The notes beneath the pieces are model-generated. The model saw only the letters and a program-made list of their open reading frames with translations. It was not told the origin of the DNA and did no database searches. Of a stretch of 64,000 nt of DNA, positions 40,165 through 53,036 are shown one piece after another. A program made the position numbers and the translations under genes. Source of the stretch: a virus. Each line of letters begins with the position of its first letter. The first letter of the stretch is position 1. The DNA lies in IMG/VR virus record IMGVR_UViG_3300044816_000082, positions 1 through 64,000 of that record; one strand, written 5' to 3'.

Positions 40165-40593
40165 GTGGAACTCCACCGGGGGATCTGCCGAACAGTGCTC
40201 CTCATCGGCCCGTACGCGGTCAAGGTCCCCACGACCCGCCCCTACGGGCACCGCGGTGGTCTCAGCGAACGCCTCACAGCCCTCGCCCGCGGTGTCCTGG
40301 CGAACCAAAGCGAATACGCATGGCGGGGGCAGGACGGGCTCTGCCCGATCGTGTTGAGCCTCGCGAGCATCGTCCAGGTCTACGTCCGTTGCCGGCCCGT
40401 CACCGACGAGGAAGTCCCCGACCCCGAGCTCGACCCGGCGTGGTGGCGTGCGATCGCCCCGACGGTCCCGTTCGGGGACAAGAAGGCCGCGAACCTTGGG
40501 TGGCTCGGGGACCACCTCGTGTGGGTCGACTTCGATTCGACCTGGAATGGGTGCCCGCACACCCCTTGGAATGCCTTCCTCGACGATGACTGA
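40165..40593 (+). CDS. Minimal protein-kinase-like protein
   Basis: G.CR.V......AVKVP, N..E, GDKKAANLG, VWVDF pattern. Confidence 0.5.
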   Translation: MELHRGICRTVLLIGPYAVKVPTTRPYGHRGGLSERLTALARGVLANQSEYAWRGQDGLCPIVLSLASIVQVYVRCRPVTDEEVPDPELDPAWWRAIAPTVPFGDKKAANLGWLGDHLVWVDFDSTWNGCPHTPWNAFLDDD

Positions 40594-40889
40594 CGGGTTC
40601 GTGCGGCTGACATACGACGCGACCCGGACCGTCCACCCGGGGGACGTCCTCGCGACCCGCCACGGCACCCGGTACCTGTGTGTCCGTAGCCGGGACGTCC
40701 AACGCCGCGACCCGCGCGCGGGCCGGCGGCAGGCACTGACCTGCGAGCGGCTCCCACCCGGGCACGATCTGGACACCGACACGGTGGTGCACCTCGTGAT
40801 CTGGCACTCCCGGTCCCGGCGGGGGCGTACCCTGCCCGTCTAGTCGCCGGGTAGCCACCGGGCGATGAGCAGCACGATGAGGAGGACAA

Positions 40890-41348
40890 GTGAACGAGTT
40901 GCTCGCGCACCTACTCGGGGACTACGTGATCCAGACCGATCACATGGCCGCGCGTAAGACCGTCGCCCACGGCCCGGCCGTCGCCCACGCCGTCACGTAC
41001 ACCCTGCCGTTCCTGGCACTGACCCGTCGCCCGCAGGCACTCGCTGTCATCGCCGGCACGCACTTCGTCATCGATCGGTGGCGCCTCGCTAAGTACGTCG
41101 TGTGGGCCAAGAACCAAGCCGCCCCGGCGGCGTGGCGACACAGCTACGACGAGCACGTCGTGGGCACCGGCTACCACCGCGAGCGAGGTGACTGGGATGG
41201 TCCCACCGGGGATGACTGGGATGATGCGAAGTGCTCGGTGCAGGCCAAGCCCGCGTTCCTGGCCGTCTGGCTGCTGATCATCGCTGACAACACCCTGCAC
41301 GGCTGCCTGAACGCGTGGGCGCTGCGCCGCTGGCCCTCCCGTGCCTGA
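40890..41348 (+). CDS. DUF3307-like membrane protein
   Basis: AHLLGDYVIQTD.MA..K...H...Y...THFVIDRW...DNTLH. Confidence 0.8.
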   Translation: MNELLAHLLGDYVIQTDHMAARKTVAHGPAVAHAVTYTLPFLALTRRPQALAVIAGTHFVIDRWRLAKYVVWAKNQAAPAAWRHSYDEHVVGTGYHRERGDWDGPTGDDWDDAKCSVQAKPAFLAVWLLIIADNTLHGCLNAWALRRWPSRA

Positions 41349-41509
41349 GGACCGACCCGACCCGAGCAGGTTGTGGCTGTGGGCTGCCCTGTCGTTCCCC
41401 AACTCACCTGATGAGCGCCGCACCCGCTACCTCGAACTGATGCGCGAGCACGGGCACCTCGAGCCCGCCGAACCGGGGGAGGACAGCGACCTGCCGTGCG
41501 GGTGGCCCG

Positions 41510-41809
41510 GTGCCTGAGCGGATCCAGCGCAAGCGCACGAAGGGCTACCGCCTGCCACCCACTGCGGTGTACGTCGGCCGGCCGAGCAGGTGGGGCAACC
41601 CCTACCGGGTCGGTGACGACGGCACCGCCGAGCGGTGTGTGGAGCTGTACCGCGTCAGCGCCCTCGGGTGGTGGACAACGGGTTGGCGTGAGCACGTCCG
41701 CGCTGAACTCGCCGGGCGCGACCTGGCGTGCTGGTGTCCGCTGACGGACGCCAGCGGCAACCGATTCCCCTGTCACGCCGACGTCCTACTCGAACTCGCC
41801 AACGAGTAA
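41510..41809 (+). CDS. DUF4326-like protein
   Basis: YVGRPSRWGNPY...ELAGRDLACWCP...CHADVL. Confidence 0.85.
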   Translation: MPERIQRKRTKGYRLPPTAVYVGRPSRWGNPYRVGDDGTAERCVELYRVSALGWWTTGWREHVRAELAGRDLACWCPLTDASGNRFPCHADVLLELANE

Positions 41810-41899
41810 CGTTCACCGACCGCATAGAACCCTGCTAACCGGGTATACACTTAGTGCAGGGGCCGGACGTGCGATCCGGTCCCGCTGGAAGGACCCAAG

Positions 41900-44800
41900 A
41901 TGACCACCATGGCCAAGCCCACCGTCGAGCCCTACCAACTCAAGAACGCGGCCGGCTCCTTGCGGGGTTACGCCGCGATGCAGGCCGATGACTGGCAGCC
42001 GGAGTACGAGGCATGGCGACACGGCGGGTGGTACGTCATCACCGTGCGGTACCCCTCCGGGGCCGTGGGCTGCGTGAGCCGCAACTACCCGGACGGGAAG
42101 TGGCGGGTGGTGTGCGGTGACCACGACATCACCTACCCGAACCGGACCGCCGCCGCCAAGGCCGAGCGGGACATCGCCACCCTTGAGTGGCACACCCTGA
42201 TCGCCACTGCCTCGTGAGCGCCGCGGTCAGGATCGTGAAGCTCTACCTACGGGCCGACGGGACCGTCCGGTCCGCGACGGTGTTCCTGCCCGGCTACGTC
42301 GAGGTCACCGTCGATGTCACCACGGGCGTTGTCAGCTACGCCTCGGACTGGACCGTGGACGGCGACACCCTGGCCTGGGGCCGTAACTACGGCCCCAGCA
42401 CGTACGGCCACACTGACGTTGTGCTCGTCCCGTCGCTCCTCAAGGCTGTGCAGGCCGCGGTGGAAGCGTAGGAACAGCGCTTACCGGGTATACAATCAGT
42501 AGGCAGGGTTGCTCCCCGCCACGACGGAAGGACCATCATGTACGTGACCGCGAAGCTCCACACGATGCGCAAACCGCAGCGCTTCCACGTCAGCCCCATG
42601 AGCGACGGCCGGATCCTCGTCCAGAGCGACAAGAGCATCGGGGTGTTTGACTTCCGCACCTGCGAGGGTGTCCTGAACGTGAAGGGCCACTACTTCCCGC
42701 ACCTCAACCGTGCGCTCGGCGCGATGGCGTTCACGTTCCCGCTCGAGTTCGTCACCGAGTGCCTCGAGGCATCGCCGGCGCTCGACAGCGTCACCCACAT
42801 GGGCGGCGTGACGTTCGTCAACACGATCGAGGTGATCTGATGGACTACGGGATCCTGTTCAGCCACGCGTCCGAGGACACCATCCCCGGTCTCGTGTCGG
42901 GATCGTTCCCGAACATGGTCGCAGCCAGCAACGCGGCCATAAAGGTCACCCGCGCGGCGGGGGTCCGTTTCACCCTGGTGCAACGCTCGTCCCCCGACGC
43001 CCCGTGGCTGTCCCGGAAGGGACTGACCCCACGGGAGCGTCTCCACGAGGGGATCAACGCGGACTGGCACGGCTGGTCCCGCTGACCCCACCCGGGGGCG
43101 GGTAGCTACCCGCCCCCCCAACCCAAGGAAGGACCATCATGATCGCGATTCTCGACCTCGTCGCCCGCAACGGCATCCCGTTCCGGGTCGTGTTCTACCA
43201 CCCCGGCGAGTCAGGGCCCTACCCGGCCGCGGCTGACCCCGAGCACCCGATCGTCGAGTTCTACGTCCGGCGTTTCCCCCACACCGACCACGGTCAGTTC
43301 GTGTCCCGGTACTACGCCGACACGATCCTTCGTCGGGGGTCGTTCCCGATGGGTCCCGGTCCGCTCAACCTCGACGGGGGTATCCCTGCGTGGAACATCG
43401 ACGCGGACAGCATGGTGCTCGTCAGGGACTTCCTGACCCACCACCACCCCGCTGTGGTCGACTGCTGCCTCCGAGCCGGTCACGTCCCGCCCTGCACCGA
43501 AGGGGTCGCGCAGGTACCCCCCGCGAACCTGTGCAGAATCACCTGACACAGCACGTCAACCCGCTATACAATGAGGGTGAGAGGGGTAGCGCCCCTCCCC
43601 GATGGAAGGACTGATCATGACCACAAGCACCGTCCACATGGACACGCTGAACGCTGTCCTCAACGCCTACGTCACCGAGACCAGCGGCGACGCGTGGCTC
43701 GAGGGCGGCGGGGGTGCCGGCCCGTGGATCTACGCACCCACCATGAACGGGTGGACCGTCGTCATCGACGTCACCCTCGAGCGGTGGGAAGCGTCCCGGC
43801 AGCACGACGACTACGACCCGGTGGCGCTCCCCGACGGCCCGGCCATCGACGCGCCCGTCACGGACGTCGTCGCGTGGATGCGACGTTGCTGCGACGCCGA
43901 ACCGGACCGGGACTCGCGGCAGTACGTGATCGGTCTTCCCGTCGTCATCACCGTCGCGAGCGACGGGACCGTGACGGCGGAGGTCGACCTGAGCGAGGCC
44001 GACGACATCTACGACGTGTCAGTCCCCGAGGGGCAGGACACGAGCGCGTCAGCCCTCGACCACGACGCGTCCCGGATCGCGCACGCAGCCAGCACCGGGC
44101 AGGTCACGGTCCGATGATCACCCCGGGCCTCGTCAAGGGTCGCGCTGAGAGCCACCCATGTACTCGCTGCGACCACCTTGGGCGGGTGACCTACCTCGCG
44201 TTCGGCACGTTCGTGTCGACCAAGACCTGCCCGGCGTGCGGTGGGCTCGGCATGGTCACCCTTCCCCGCGCCCCCCTCGTCCTTGCCCCGCACGTCCTCG
44301 ACACGATCACCGAGCTTGACCTGATCGACGGTGGGTGGACGACACGTTGCACTGCCTGCGGGGACCTGCTTGACGACCCGGTCGACGCCTCCCGGTACAG
44401 CACGCTGTGCGCCGGGTGCCGCGCTGAGGAAGCATTCCGCGACGGCGACCACGATGCCTACGATCGCAGGGGAGACAGGTAATGGAACCGCTCAACGGCG
44501 CCGGCCACTACCGCGAGGCTGAGCGGCTCCTGAACGACGCCGCGAGGATCGCCCACGAGGGGGAGCCTCAGACCTACTGGTACTCGGAGCAGGTCCAGGG
44601 CCGGGTCCAGGCAGCGGCCGTCCACGCGCAACTCGCGACGGCCGCCGCGCTGCTCGGTGAGTTCGAGCAGGGACACGACACGTGAACCGGCACGACGCTG
44701 AGCACCTCAACCGTTGGCATGATGACGGGACCTACCTTGAGCGGTTGTGGGCCGCGTTGACCCGCGAACCTCTCCCACCGATCCCCCGACCCCGAGCTGA

Positions 44801-45223
44801 GGCCGAAGTGACCGCGACGGACGAGCCCCGCGTGAGCAGGAGCACCCGATGAGTGGCCGACGATCCCGGCAACAACGCACCCTCGTCGCGGTCGTTGAGG
44901 AGCATTACGACACCGCCGCGTCCCCCGGGTTGTGCGTGAACACCCCCGAGGCGATCGCGGAGATGAAGCAGCTCACCCACGATGGGATCATCGCGGAGGC
45001 CGGGCACCGGAGGCGCTCCGGGGTCCGCTGGGGGATCTGGTACGGCGCTGAGGCAACGTCCATGTACGAGGAGATGATCAGCGAAACGGACACCCAACCC
45101 GACCCCAGGACCGTCGAGGTGTACCGCGCGTACCTCGCTGAGCACGGTCCGAACGCCGTCCTGGTCGTCGCGATGATCGACGTCGTCCCGCCCTCCGGTC
45201 GGGTCCTGCTGGGACCGGGATGA
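41900..45223 (+). other. Early small-ORF modules each headed by a promoter motif and/or hairpin (41900-42217, 42214-42471, 42538-42840, 42840-43085, 43139-43546, 43617-44117, 44114-44482, 44482-44685, 44849-45223)
   Basis: GAAGGA SDs; motif copies at 41833, 42478, 43554. Confidence 0.65.
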
Positions 45224-45582
45224 GTGCCCTCCCGCACGCGAAACGGCCCTGCGGTGCGTGCCCATGGCGCGTCGACGTCGACCCGGGCGAGTTCCCCCCC
45301 GACAGGTACGCGTGCCTCGCTCGGACCTCCGCGGATCAACGGACCGGCGCGAGCGCGAGCGTCGAGGCACCGATGTTCGCGTGCCACCTGTCCCCTGACG
45401 GGAAGGAACGAGCATGCGCCGGGTGGCTCGCTGTTGAGGGCGCGGGGCACGTCGGGGTGCGACTCGCGGTCGTGACCGGCCGGCTCCCGAGCACGACCCT
45501 TCGCCCGGGGAAGGGCTGGCCCGAGCTGCACCCTGACTACGCCACCTTGGCAGCGATCAATGGACTAGGAGAGATCCCATGA
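45220..45582 (+). CDS. DUF6283-like Cys-rich protein
   Basis: PCGACPWRVD...FACH......CAGWL. Confidence 0.7.
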   Translation: MSALPHAKRPCGACPWRVDVDPGEFPPDRYACLARTSADQRTGASASVEAPMFACHLSPDGKERACAGWLAVEGAGHVGVRLAVVTGRLPSTTLRPGKGWPELHPDYATLAAINGLGEIP

Positions 45583-48500
45583 CAGACGGCGACCCCGTCG
45601 ACGAGCTCGACGTCATCGAGGCTGTGGTGGAGGACCTGGAGGACTTGTATAGCGATGCCGAACGTATCGGTAGGCGTCCCGTCGGCCTGGTACGGGACGC
45701 TGTCCACGATCGCGGGTGTCCTGGCGATGCCCGTGAGGCACGCCTCGAGCGGGACCTCGACAACGCCCGGGAGCGCCTCGCGACAGCCCTGAACGGCAGG
45801 AAGTGGAGCGCCGACGTGATCCCGCCGCCCCTCGAGGAATCACTGCGGCGCGTCGAGGCACTCCTCCTGATCGCACCCGACAGCCCGGAGCATAGATGAG
45901 CAAAGGCCGGTCCCGTGCGACGGTGACGCCAGCAGCACCGGACTTCCACCGGGTCCGGCACTTCGGGTACAGCCCGGTTGGGACGGAGGTCTGCCTGTAC
46001 TGCGCGGTCATGTTCGACCCCGGTGAGATGCGCTACCAACTCGTCGATACCCGGTTCGTGTACCCAATGGGAGCGATCTTGCCGCTGCACCTGTCGTGCG
46101 CCCGTGCGCGTAAGGCCAACCCGCCACCGCCCCGCGAAAGGATCTGGCATCAGTAGATGAACACCGACCCGACCCGACCCTGCTGCGACCTTCACTGGAA
46201 CGGCGGCATCAACTGGTGGGGAACCACCCATGACTGTCCGCGTGACGGGGAGGGCATGACGCTCTGCTGCGGGCGGACGCCCTTCGACCTGCCCCGTTCC
46301 GACCACATGACGATCGACGCCACACTCGTCACTTGCACCGGGAACCGTCATCTCTGACTTCGAGGCCACCGCCCTGCAGGACCTGCTCACCAAGGCCAAG
46401 GCGCTCGGCGTCCCGGACGACCACCCGCGCGTGTTGGAGGTACAGGCCATGCTCGAGCACGGACCCGGGTCGTGGGCTGCCCGACGCTGGCACGAACTCC
46501 ACCCCGACGAAGGCCCGAATATTATTCGAGGCTGCTGTTACGGCGAGCTCCAGTCCTGGGACCGCTGCACATGCTGGACGCCGGTGTTCGACACCGAGCA
46601 GGCGATTCCTCAAGTCATCACCGACCGCGCCGAGCTCGTCGCTGCGGACACGCTGTGCGGGGACTGCGCCTACCGACCCGGGTCGCCCGAGCGGGAGGAC
46701 ACGTACACCCGCGAGACGCTCTACAGCCTCGCGTCCCGCGACCAGGCGTTCTACTGTCACCGCGGAATGCGCCGCCCTGTGGCGTACGAGCATCCGGACG
46801 GGCGCCGGGTGGAGAGCTCCGGGGATGACTGGACACCCGCGATCGTGGACAGCGTCCCGTACCAGGCCGACGGGACGCCGGGGGTGCTGTGCGCTGGGTG
46901 GGCCGCGCAGCGCCGCCGGGTCACATGACGCTGCTCGCGCCGTTCGAGGAGGACGCCCTCGAACGATGGGCCGACCACGGCGGGGCGCTCGTGGTCTGCA
47001 TCGATGACGCCGAGGACCCGACCCGGGCTAGCGTCATCGCGCTGCGCCCCGGCGCGGACCCGGCCGACTCCCTGCTGCACTGGCGCAAGTGGGTCGCTCG
47101 GCACTACGACCGGGTCCTGACGGAGGTTGTGGTTGTGCGGTGCGAGTGGCGAAACACCTGGGTTGACGTCGCCCGCGCCGGGATCATCAGCGAACCCGCG
47201 ACCGCGACCTGAGCACCGGGCCGGCGTTAGCCTGCCGTTCAACACCGACCCGTCGGAGGACCTCATGGCATCAACCCGCGCAGCGCTCGGCAAGACGGTC
47301 CGCGTCATCGCCGTGTCGTTCACCAAGAACTAGCCGAGCTCGGCGTAGCGTCCCCGGCCATGACAACACAGATCGCCCTCGAAACCGTCACCGCGGTGAT
47401 GATCAACACCGATGAGTGGGTCGAGGTTGAGGTCGGTCATACGACCGTCGACACGGTCGCGATCACGAGCCCCGGTCCGCGAGACGGGCAGCGCACTATG
47501 CACCTGGACGCGCAGGCAGCGGGAGGTCCGCACCTGGCGTTCACCGACAAGCACGGAGCGCGGGTCGTCGTCCCCGTGTCCGCTGTGCAAGCGTGGCGTC
47601 TGCGCTGAGCACCCCCAACCCCGGCCGGTAGGCGACCCGGCCTTCATGGAAGGACCAAGCATGCGTGTGACCACGTTCAACTACCGCCGCGACGGCAGCC
47701 GCGAGTATCGGATCCACCGAGCATGGACGGTCCGGGACATCCCCCGCTGGGCGTTGCTGCTGTGCCGCCTGTTCGGTCATCGGCCTGTCACCGCCGGGTT
47801 CGACAGCAAGCACATCCCGCCGAGCCGGTGGGTCGAGTGCCGACGCTGCGGATCCCGTCCCCAATGGCAAGGCCGGTTGAGCGCCCTGGCTCACCCCCAT
47901 ATCGGGAAGCGGTACCGCGGTCAGTGGGCACCGGACGACACCGCCGACCTGATCCTGCGCGCTGGGGAACTCACCCATCCCCGGTACAAGATCAAGGACG
48001 ATGAACTGCCCTCCTTGCCGTGCAAACCATGGAGCGCCTCTCCCCGACGGGCCACGTTCCGCACTGAACTGAGCATGCGGCGCCGATGGTTACGCGACGG
48101 GCTGCTAGACCTGACGTTCCGGTTCACCACCGACGCGTACGACGGTGGCATGGGGATCTGGCTGACCATCGGGCCGTTGTTCATCAGCGCCGACCTTGAG
48201 CATGCGTTCGAGCGGTTCCACCGCTGGCTCAAGCACGGGTCGTTGGATGAACGCGAGTTCGAGGTCGGGATACGAGGCTGGACTCTGCACCTCACCCCGT
48301 GGGGCGTCGCGCATTCGTGGACCCGGGCGGATCCGTGGTGGAAACGTGGCGTGTCGATCGACCTCAAGGACAGGATCCTCGGCCGGCCGATCTACACCAC
48401 CGTCACGGTCGAGGAACCAACGAGCGTGATCGTTCCCATGCCGGAAGGTCCCTACGCTGCGACGATCACTCTCGAGCGGGCCATGTGGGAACGCCCGCGC

Positions 48501-50048
48501 CTGACCCGCCTGACCCGGAACGTCGTGTACCGGTACGACCTGACGCCGGCCCATCACATCCCCGCACCGGGGAAGGGCGAGAACTCGTGGGACTGCGGTG
48601 ATGACGGGACGTGGTCGATAAGCGGTCCTTGCGCAGGACCGGACACGGAGTGGAAAGCGAAGGCTGTGGGCGATCTCGTCGCGTCGTGCTTGCGTAGTCG
48701 TGAGCGGTACGCGTCATCGTCGTGGGTACCGGACGCGGGGTGGCCGAGCGAGGACGAGCGACTCGGTCGCGTCCCGGCGTGAGCCCGGCAACCCGCAACC
48801 CGGGTGTGCCGTCGAAAGCGGGTGCTCCCCGTCCTGACGGGTTCCTGCTCCGCCCCGCCCCGACCGCGGAGCACCTGTGCACCCCACCCATGCGGGAAGT
48901 CCGGATCTACGCCCCCCGCGGGCCGGCCGTCGGGGAGCGCTGCACATGCCGGGCTGACACCGGGGAGGTCGATGTCGAGTGTCCCGCCGACGGCACCCCC
49001 ACGCCCCGCGCATACCACCCTGAGGACGTCCCCGACGGTGAACCTGGGACGTTGTGGCGATGCAGGTGCGGCCAACCGTGGCAGCTCCGGGTCCGGCAGG
49101 TCGAGCGGGATCGTGGGGTGTATCACGGGGTGCGGGTGTGGGACCGGACCTCCGAACGACAGGTCAGGCGAGCGCTGCGCCGCGCCCGCCGGCGAGGGTG
49201 GTGGCGACGTGGCTGACACTGTCGACCGCCGGGTCGTGGAGCTAACGGCCCGTGCCCGCGCCCAAGCGCAGCACAGGTACCGCACCGGGCGGATACTCCC
49301 CGACCCTGCTCTGAACGGTCGCGGACGGGTGCTGTTCACTGTGCTCTGCACCTGCGGGGAACAGACGGAGAGCCTGCACGAGCCGGACCTTGAACCGTGG
49401 ATCGCGCGGCATGTCGAGAACAACGCCCGCGTCGCCGCGGCCTCGGCGCTCGCTGATCTCGGACAGGAGGGCCATGAGTGACCATCCCTTGCCGCTCGGG
49501 GCATGCCCGATCCCCGGGTGCAGCAGTTTCGGGGGAAGCCTCCACGACGCCCCGGCGCATGAGCGGTGGGCGATGACCGGGGCACCCCTCTCCGTCAACA
49601 CGCCGGTGGTCGCGGCCGTGTCCTCAACGATCTTGTCGCCGCGCTGCGGGCACCCCGGTCCCCTGGTGCTCAACGGAGGGGGGTACGCCGGGTGTGACCT
49701 CCCCTTTGACCACGAGGGGGATCAGCACAGTTTCACCGTGAAGTGGGCACGAGGATGAACAGATGGACGCAGGTCTTGCCGTGGATCCCGGTCGACGTCG
49801 CGGACGCCCTCCGCACGGGGTGCATCACCGTCGCGGGCATCATCGTCGTGACCGCGTTGTGGTCTATGCGGACACGGTCCACGTCGCACCGGCAACAAGC
49901 CCGGTACCTCGGGCTCGCGCTGTTCGCGGTCGCTGCGATCTACACCGAGATCGATCGGTTCCACACAGGGGCGACGATCAGGCTCCCCGTGACGGTCTTC
50001 GCGGTCCTCGCGTCGATGTACGGGCTCAGCCACGAACGGCAATCCTGA
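45579..50048 (+). other. Array of small hypothetical ORFs including 47661-48782 (N-terminal LLC..FGH..CxxC) and TM protein 49755-50048
   Basis: Coupled overlaps; coding-like codon usage. Confidence 0.5.
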
Positions 50049-50617
50049 TGACCCAACCCGCGCCCGAGCGCGGCCGGACCGTGACTGGCCCTGGCGGGAT
50101 CCCCTTCCCTGCCTCGCAGGTCCTCGATCAGTCGGGGCCGGCGAACCTGCTCGGGGGCTGCGCCGGGTGCGGGAGCTGCTGCAGCAACCTGACCATCTCG
50201 TTCAGCCCCGACCAGATCCGCGAAGCCGTCCTGCTCCTCGACGCCGCCGACGCTGACGCAGCCGCAGGGGAACCCCACCCGGACTACAGCGAGCAGGAAC
50301 GCCGCAACATTCGGTGGCTCGGGCAGCTCATCGAGAAGGGACCTCGTGTCCTCGGGCAGCATGCCTACTCCTGCCCGATGCTCGACCCGATCAGCCGCTT
50401 GTGTACCGCCCATGAACGCCGCCCGCAGGTGTGCATCGGGTTCCCGTTCTACGGGAGGTCCCCGGCCGATGACCCGGCCGAGATGAGCGACGGGTGTTCC
50501 TACCAGTGGGAACTTCCCGTCGAGCTCCGCGCACCCCTGACAGGTGGTCTCGGCACGGCAGGGTGGGAGGGCCCCACAGGTCCCGTTGGGCGCCTGATCC
50601 CGCTCTGGCCGGCGTAG
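50048..50617 (+). CDS. YkgJ-like CxxCxxCC cysteine-cluster protein
   Basis: CAGCGSCC...CPMLD....LCTAHERRPQVCIGFPF. Confidence 0.8.
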   Translation: MTQPAPERGRTVTGPGGIPFPASQVLDQSGPANLLGGCAGCGSCCSNLTISFSPDQIREAVLLLDAADADAAAGEPHPDYSEQERRNIRWLGQLIEKGPRVLGQHAYSCPMLDPISRLCTAHERRPQVCIGFPFYGRSPADDPAEMSDGCSYQWELPVELRAPLTGGLGTAGWEGPTGPVGRLIPLWPA

Positions 50618-50685
50618 GCGCGACCCTGCCACGGGTCGGGTCGTAGCCTGCCCCCGAGTAGCCCACACAGCTTCGGAGGAACCTC

Positions 50686-51105
50686 ATGACCGTTCGCCAG
50701 TACGGCCCCTCGGCTCAGACGGTCGTACCGACCGCGGCCAACAAGGTCACCGTCAAGGACAAGGCTGGCAGCGCGGTGACGCTGTCGACGGCCGTCGCGC
50801 TCGACGGAAGCGGGAGGGTGTCGTTTGCGGTCGACGACGCGGTCGTGACCGCTCGGGACCTGTACGTGACGGTCCTCAACGACGACGGGAAGACCAGCAC
50901 CGACCGCTGGCACATCGGGTCGGCCGCGACCGCGGGGCAGCTCCGGAAGGACATCGCGGCGGCGACCGCCGGGTTGCAGACCGCGATCAGCGGCTGGGGC
51001 GCCCCGTCGGGGACGTACACGGTCGGGAAGGACACGGCGATCCTCGCAGCGCTTAAGGTCGTCGCGTCCCTCGCGCAGCACGACAGCGCTGCGACTGCTG
51101 GCTAA
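50686..51105 (+). CDS. Probable late/virion-associated protein
   Basis: GGAGGA SD, late-type promoter at 50617, Ala/Thr/Val-rich beta-type composition. Confidence 0.5.
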   Translation: MTVRQYGPSAQTVVPTAANKVTVKDKAGSAVTLSTAVALDGSGRVSFAVDDAVVTARDLYVTVLNDDGKTSTDRWHIGSAATAGQLRKDIAAATAGLQTAISGWGAPSGTYTVGKDTAILAALKVVASLAQHDSAATAG

Positions 51106-51314
51106 CGGAGCGGGCGTGCTCGTGCGGGGTTCCACGCCCTCGCACGAGCACGACCTCACCCCTATCCTGCAGGGGATGAAGGTCACGAAGTGGGGACGGC
51201 TGTGGCGTGGACACATCCGGGTCGTCCCACCACATCGCTCCCGAAACGTCGCCGGGCCGTTGTACTCTGCGGCGATGTCGGGCGAGCGACCCGACGTGGA
51301 GGAAGGCACCTGCC

Positions 51315-53036
51315 ATGGGAACGAGGACGACCCGCGTAGGCGGAGGTAAGGTCCCGACCGGATCGGTGGCTGCTGCTCAACCCCCGGTGGGGGGGAGCAA
51401 GACCAAACCGATCGCGATAGATGACCCGGCCGATCGTGCCCGGCGTGCTCAGCTCTACCGTGAACGCACAGGTCGGGTCGTGTCCGTGGCGCTCAGCACC
51501 GGGGTCCCCCACTGGTTGACGGTCCTGCTCGAGGCGTGCGTCAAGCCCGCCCGGCGTAACCCCACACTCGCGGACGCCCTCGCCGGCGTACCGGAGAAGT
51601 ACCGCGCGGCACCGGCCGTGCCCGACCCGAAGGACAGCCATGACCGAAACCAAGACAGCCCTCGACCCCGCAGTCCTCGGGCTCAGCGAAAGGGCGAATG
51701 AGGAGACCGTCACGGCGCTGGCTGCAAACGCCGTCGCGATCAGCGATCGCCTCCTGCTCCTCGCGGACGGCGGAGGTGATGACCTGATGCTCGCGGAGCT
51801 GCAGACCCTTCGTACCCGCCCCGCTGTCGAGCTCCGCGACCTCGCGGCCGTCGCCCGACACCTCGGGCTGGCCGACGTCGTGACGACCGCCGACGACGCG
51901 TACAGCGTCCGGACCACCTCAGGTGGCCCAGCGCGGCCGCCGTTGTGGTTCACCGTCCCGCCCTACGCGCCCCCATCGGCGCTCGCGGTCCCCGACCCGA
52001 CCGGGCCCGACGTCCAGGCGTACCTCGAGGTCGTTCTGGCGGAGGCCGACGACGCCCTCGACGGTGGTCTGGTCAGGACCCTCGCGACAGGGTGGGTGCA
52101 GGTCCTGTTCCTGCACGGCGCCGACAGTTCGAGTGACGATGCGCACCGCGCGGGCCGGGCGTTGTGCTCCGCCCCGGGATGTACCACCAAGCATGGGGTC
52201 CGGTCGGTGTATCCGTGCGCGACGCGTGAGGTACTCACCGCCACCCTCCCCGAATGACCGGGTTCGACGAGGAACGGTTACTCGCCGCTGTCCTTCTGGT
52301 AGGCCACACAGGAGCCAAGGACTTCGAGGTCGGGTTCCTGTACGACGACGTTCCCATCGACAAGGCCGACTGGTGGGCCAAAGCTCAGTACCAGGGCACC
52401 CGGATCACCGTCGAGCACCACGACGGTCCCGTCGCCGCCGCTGAGGCGCTCGCAGGACGGTTGTTGACGAGCGCCAAGTGCATGTGGTGCGACGGTCTGA
52501 TCACGCTCAACCCGGCCGGCGCCGTGGCGTGGCCGAGCGCGGTGCTCGGTGACGGCTCGGTGCTGCCTGACAGTCAGGCTGGCTTCGAGGCGATGGGACA
52601 GTGTTTCTGGCGTCGCGAGGGAGCGCGGTGGGAACCGGGGTGCATCCACGGTGCCAGCACCGCACCCAAGGCGCCGAAGAACCGTGCTGACCGACGTCGC
52701 CTCCACCGCGACTACGAAGCATCCCGGTGAGCGAGAGGCCGGGTTGTGGCTGAGCTCGACCCCGACGTCGTGGCACGCGCTGTCCTGGCGTGGAACACCG
52801 AACCGACCGGGACTCACCCCAGCGCGGAACTCGTCGCGCTCGCGTCGGCTGTCCTTGCCCGCCGGCCCCGCGCCCTCGTCCAGATCCACGCGCTATACGC
52901 GGTCACCGACAGCCTCACCGGACTCACCACACCGTGCTGTACCTGCGGGTGGACGTCACCGCAGACCGTCCCCTACGACCCCCCGAGCTCGGTCGAGAAG
53001 CGGTACCTCGCCCTCGGCGTCGCTACCCACCCGTGA
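51315..53036 (+). other. Small hypothetical ORFs (51315-51701, 51640-52257, 52254-52730, 52746-53036)
   Basis: SDs and overlaps. Confidence 0.5.
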
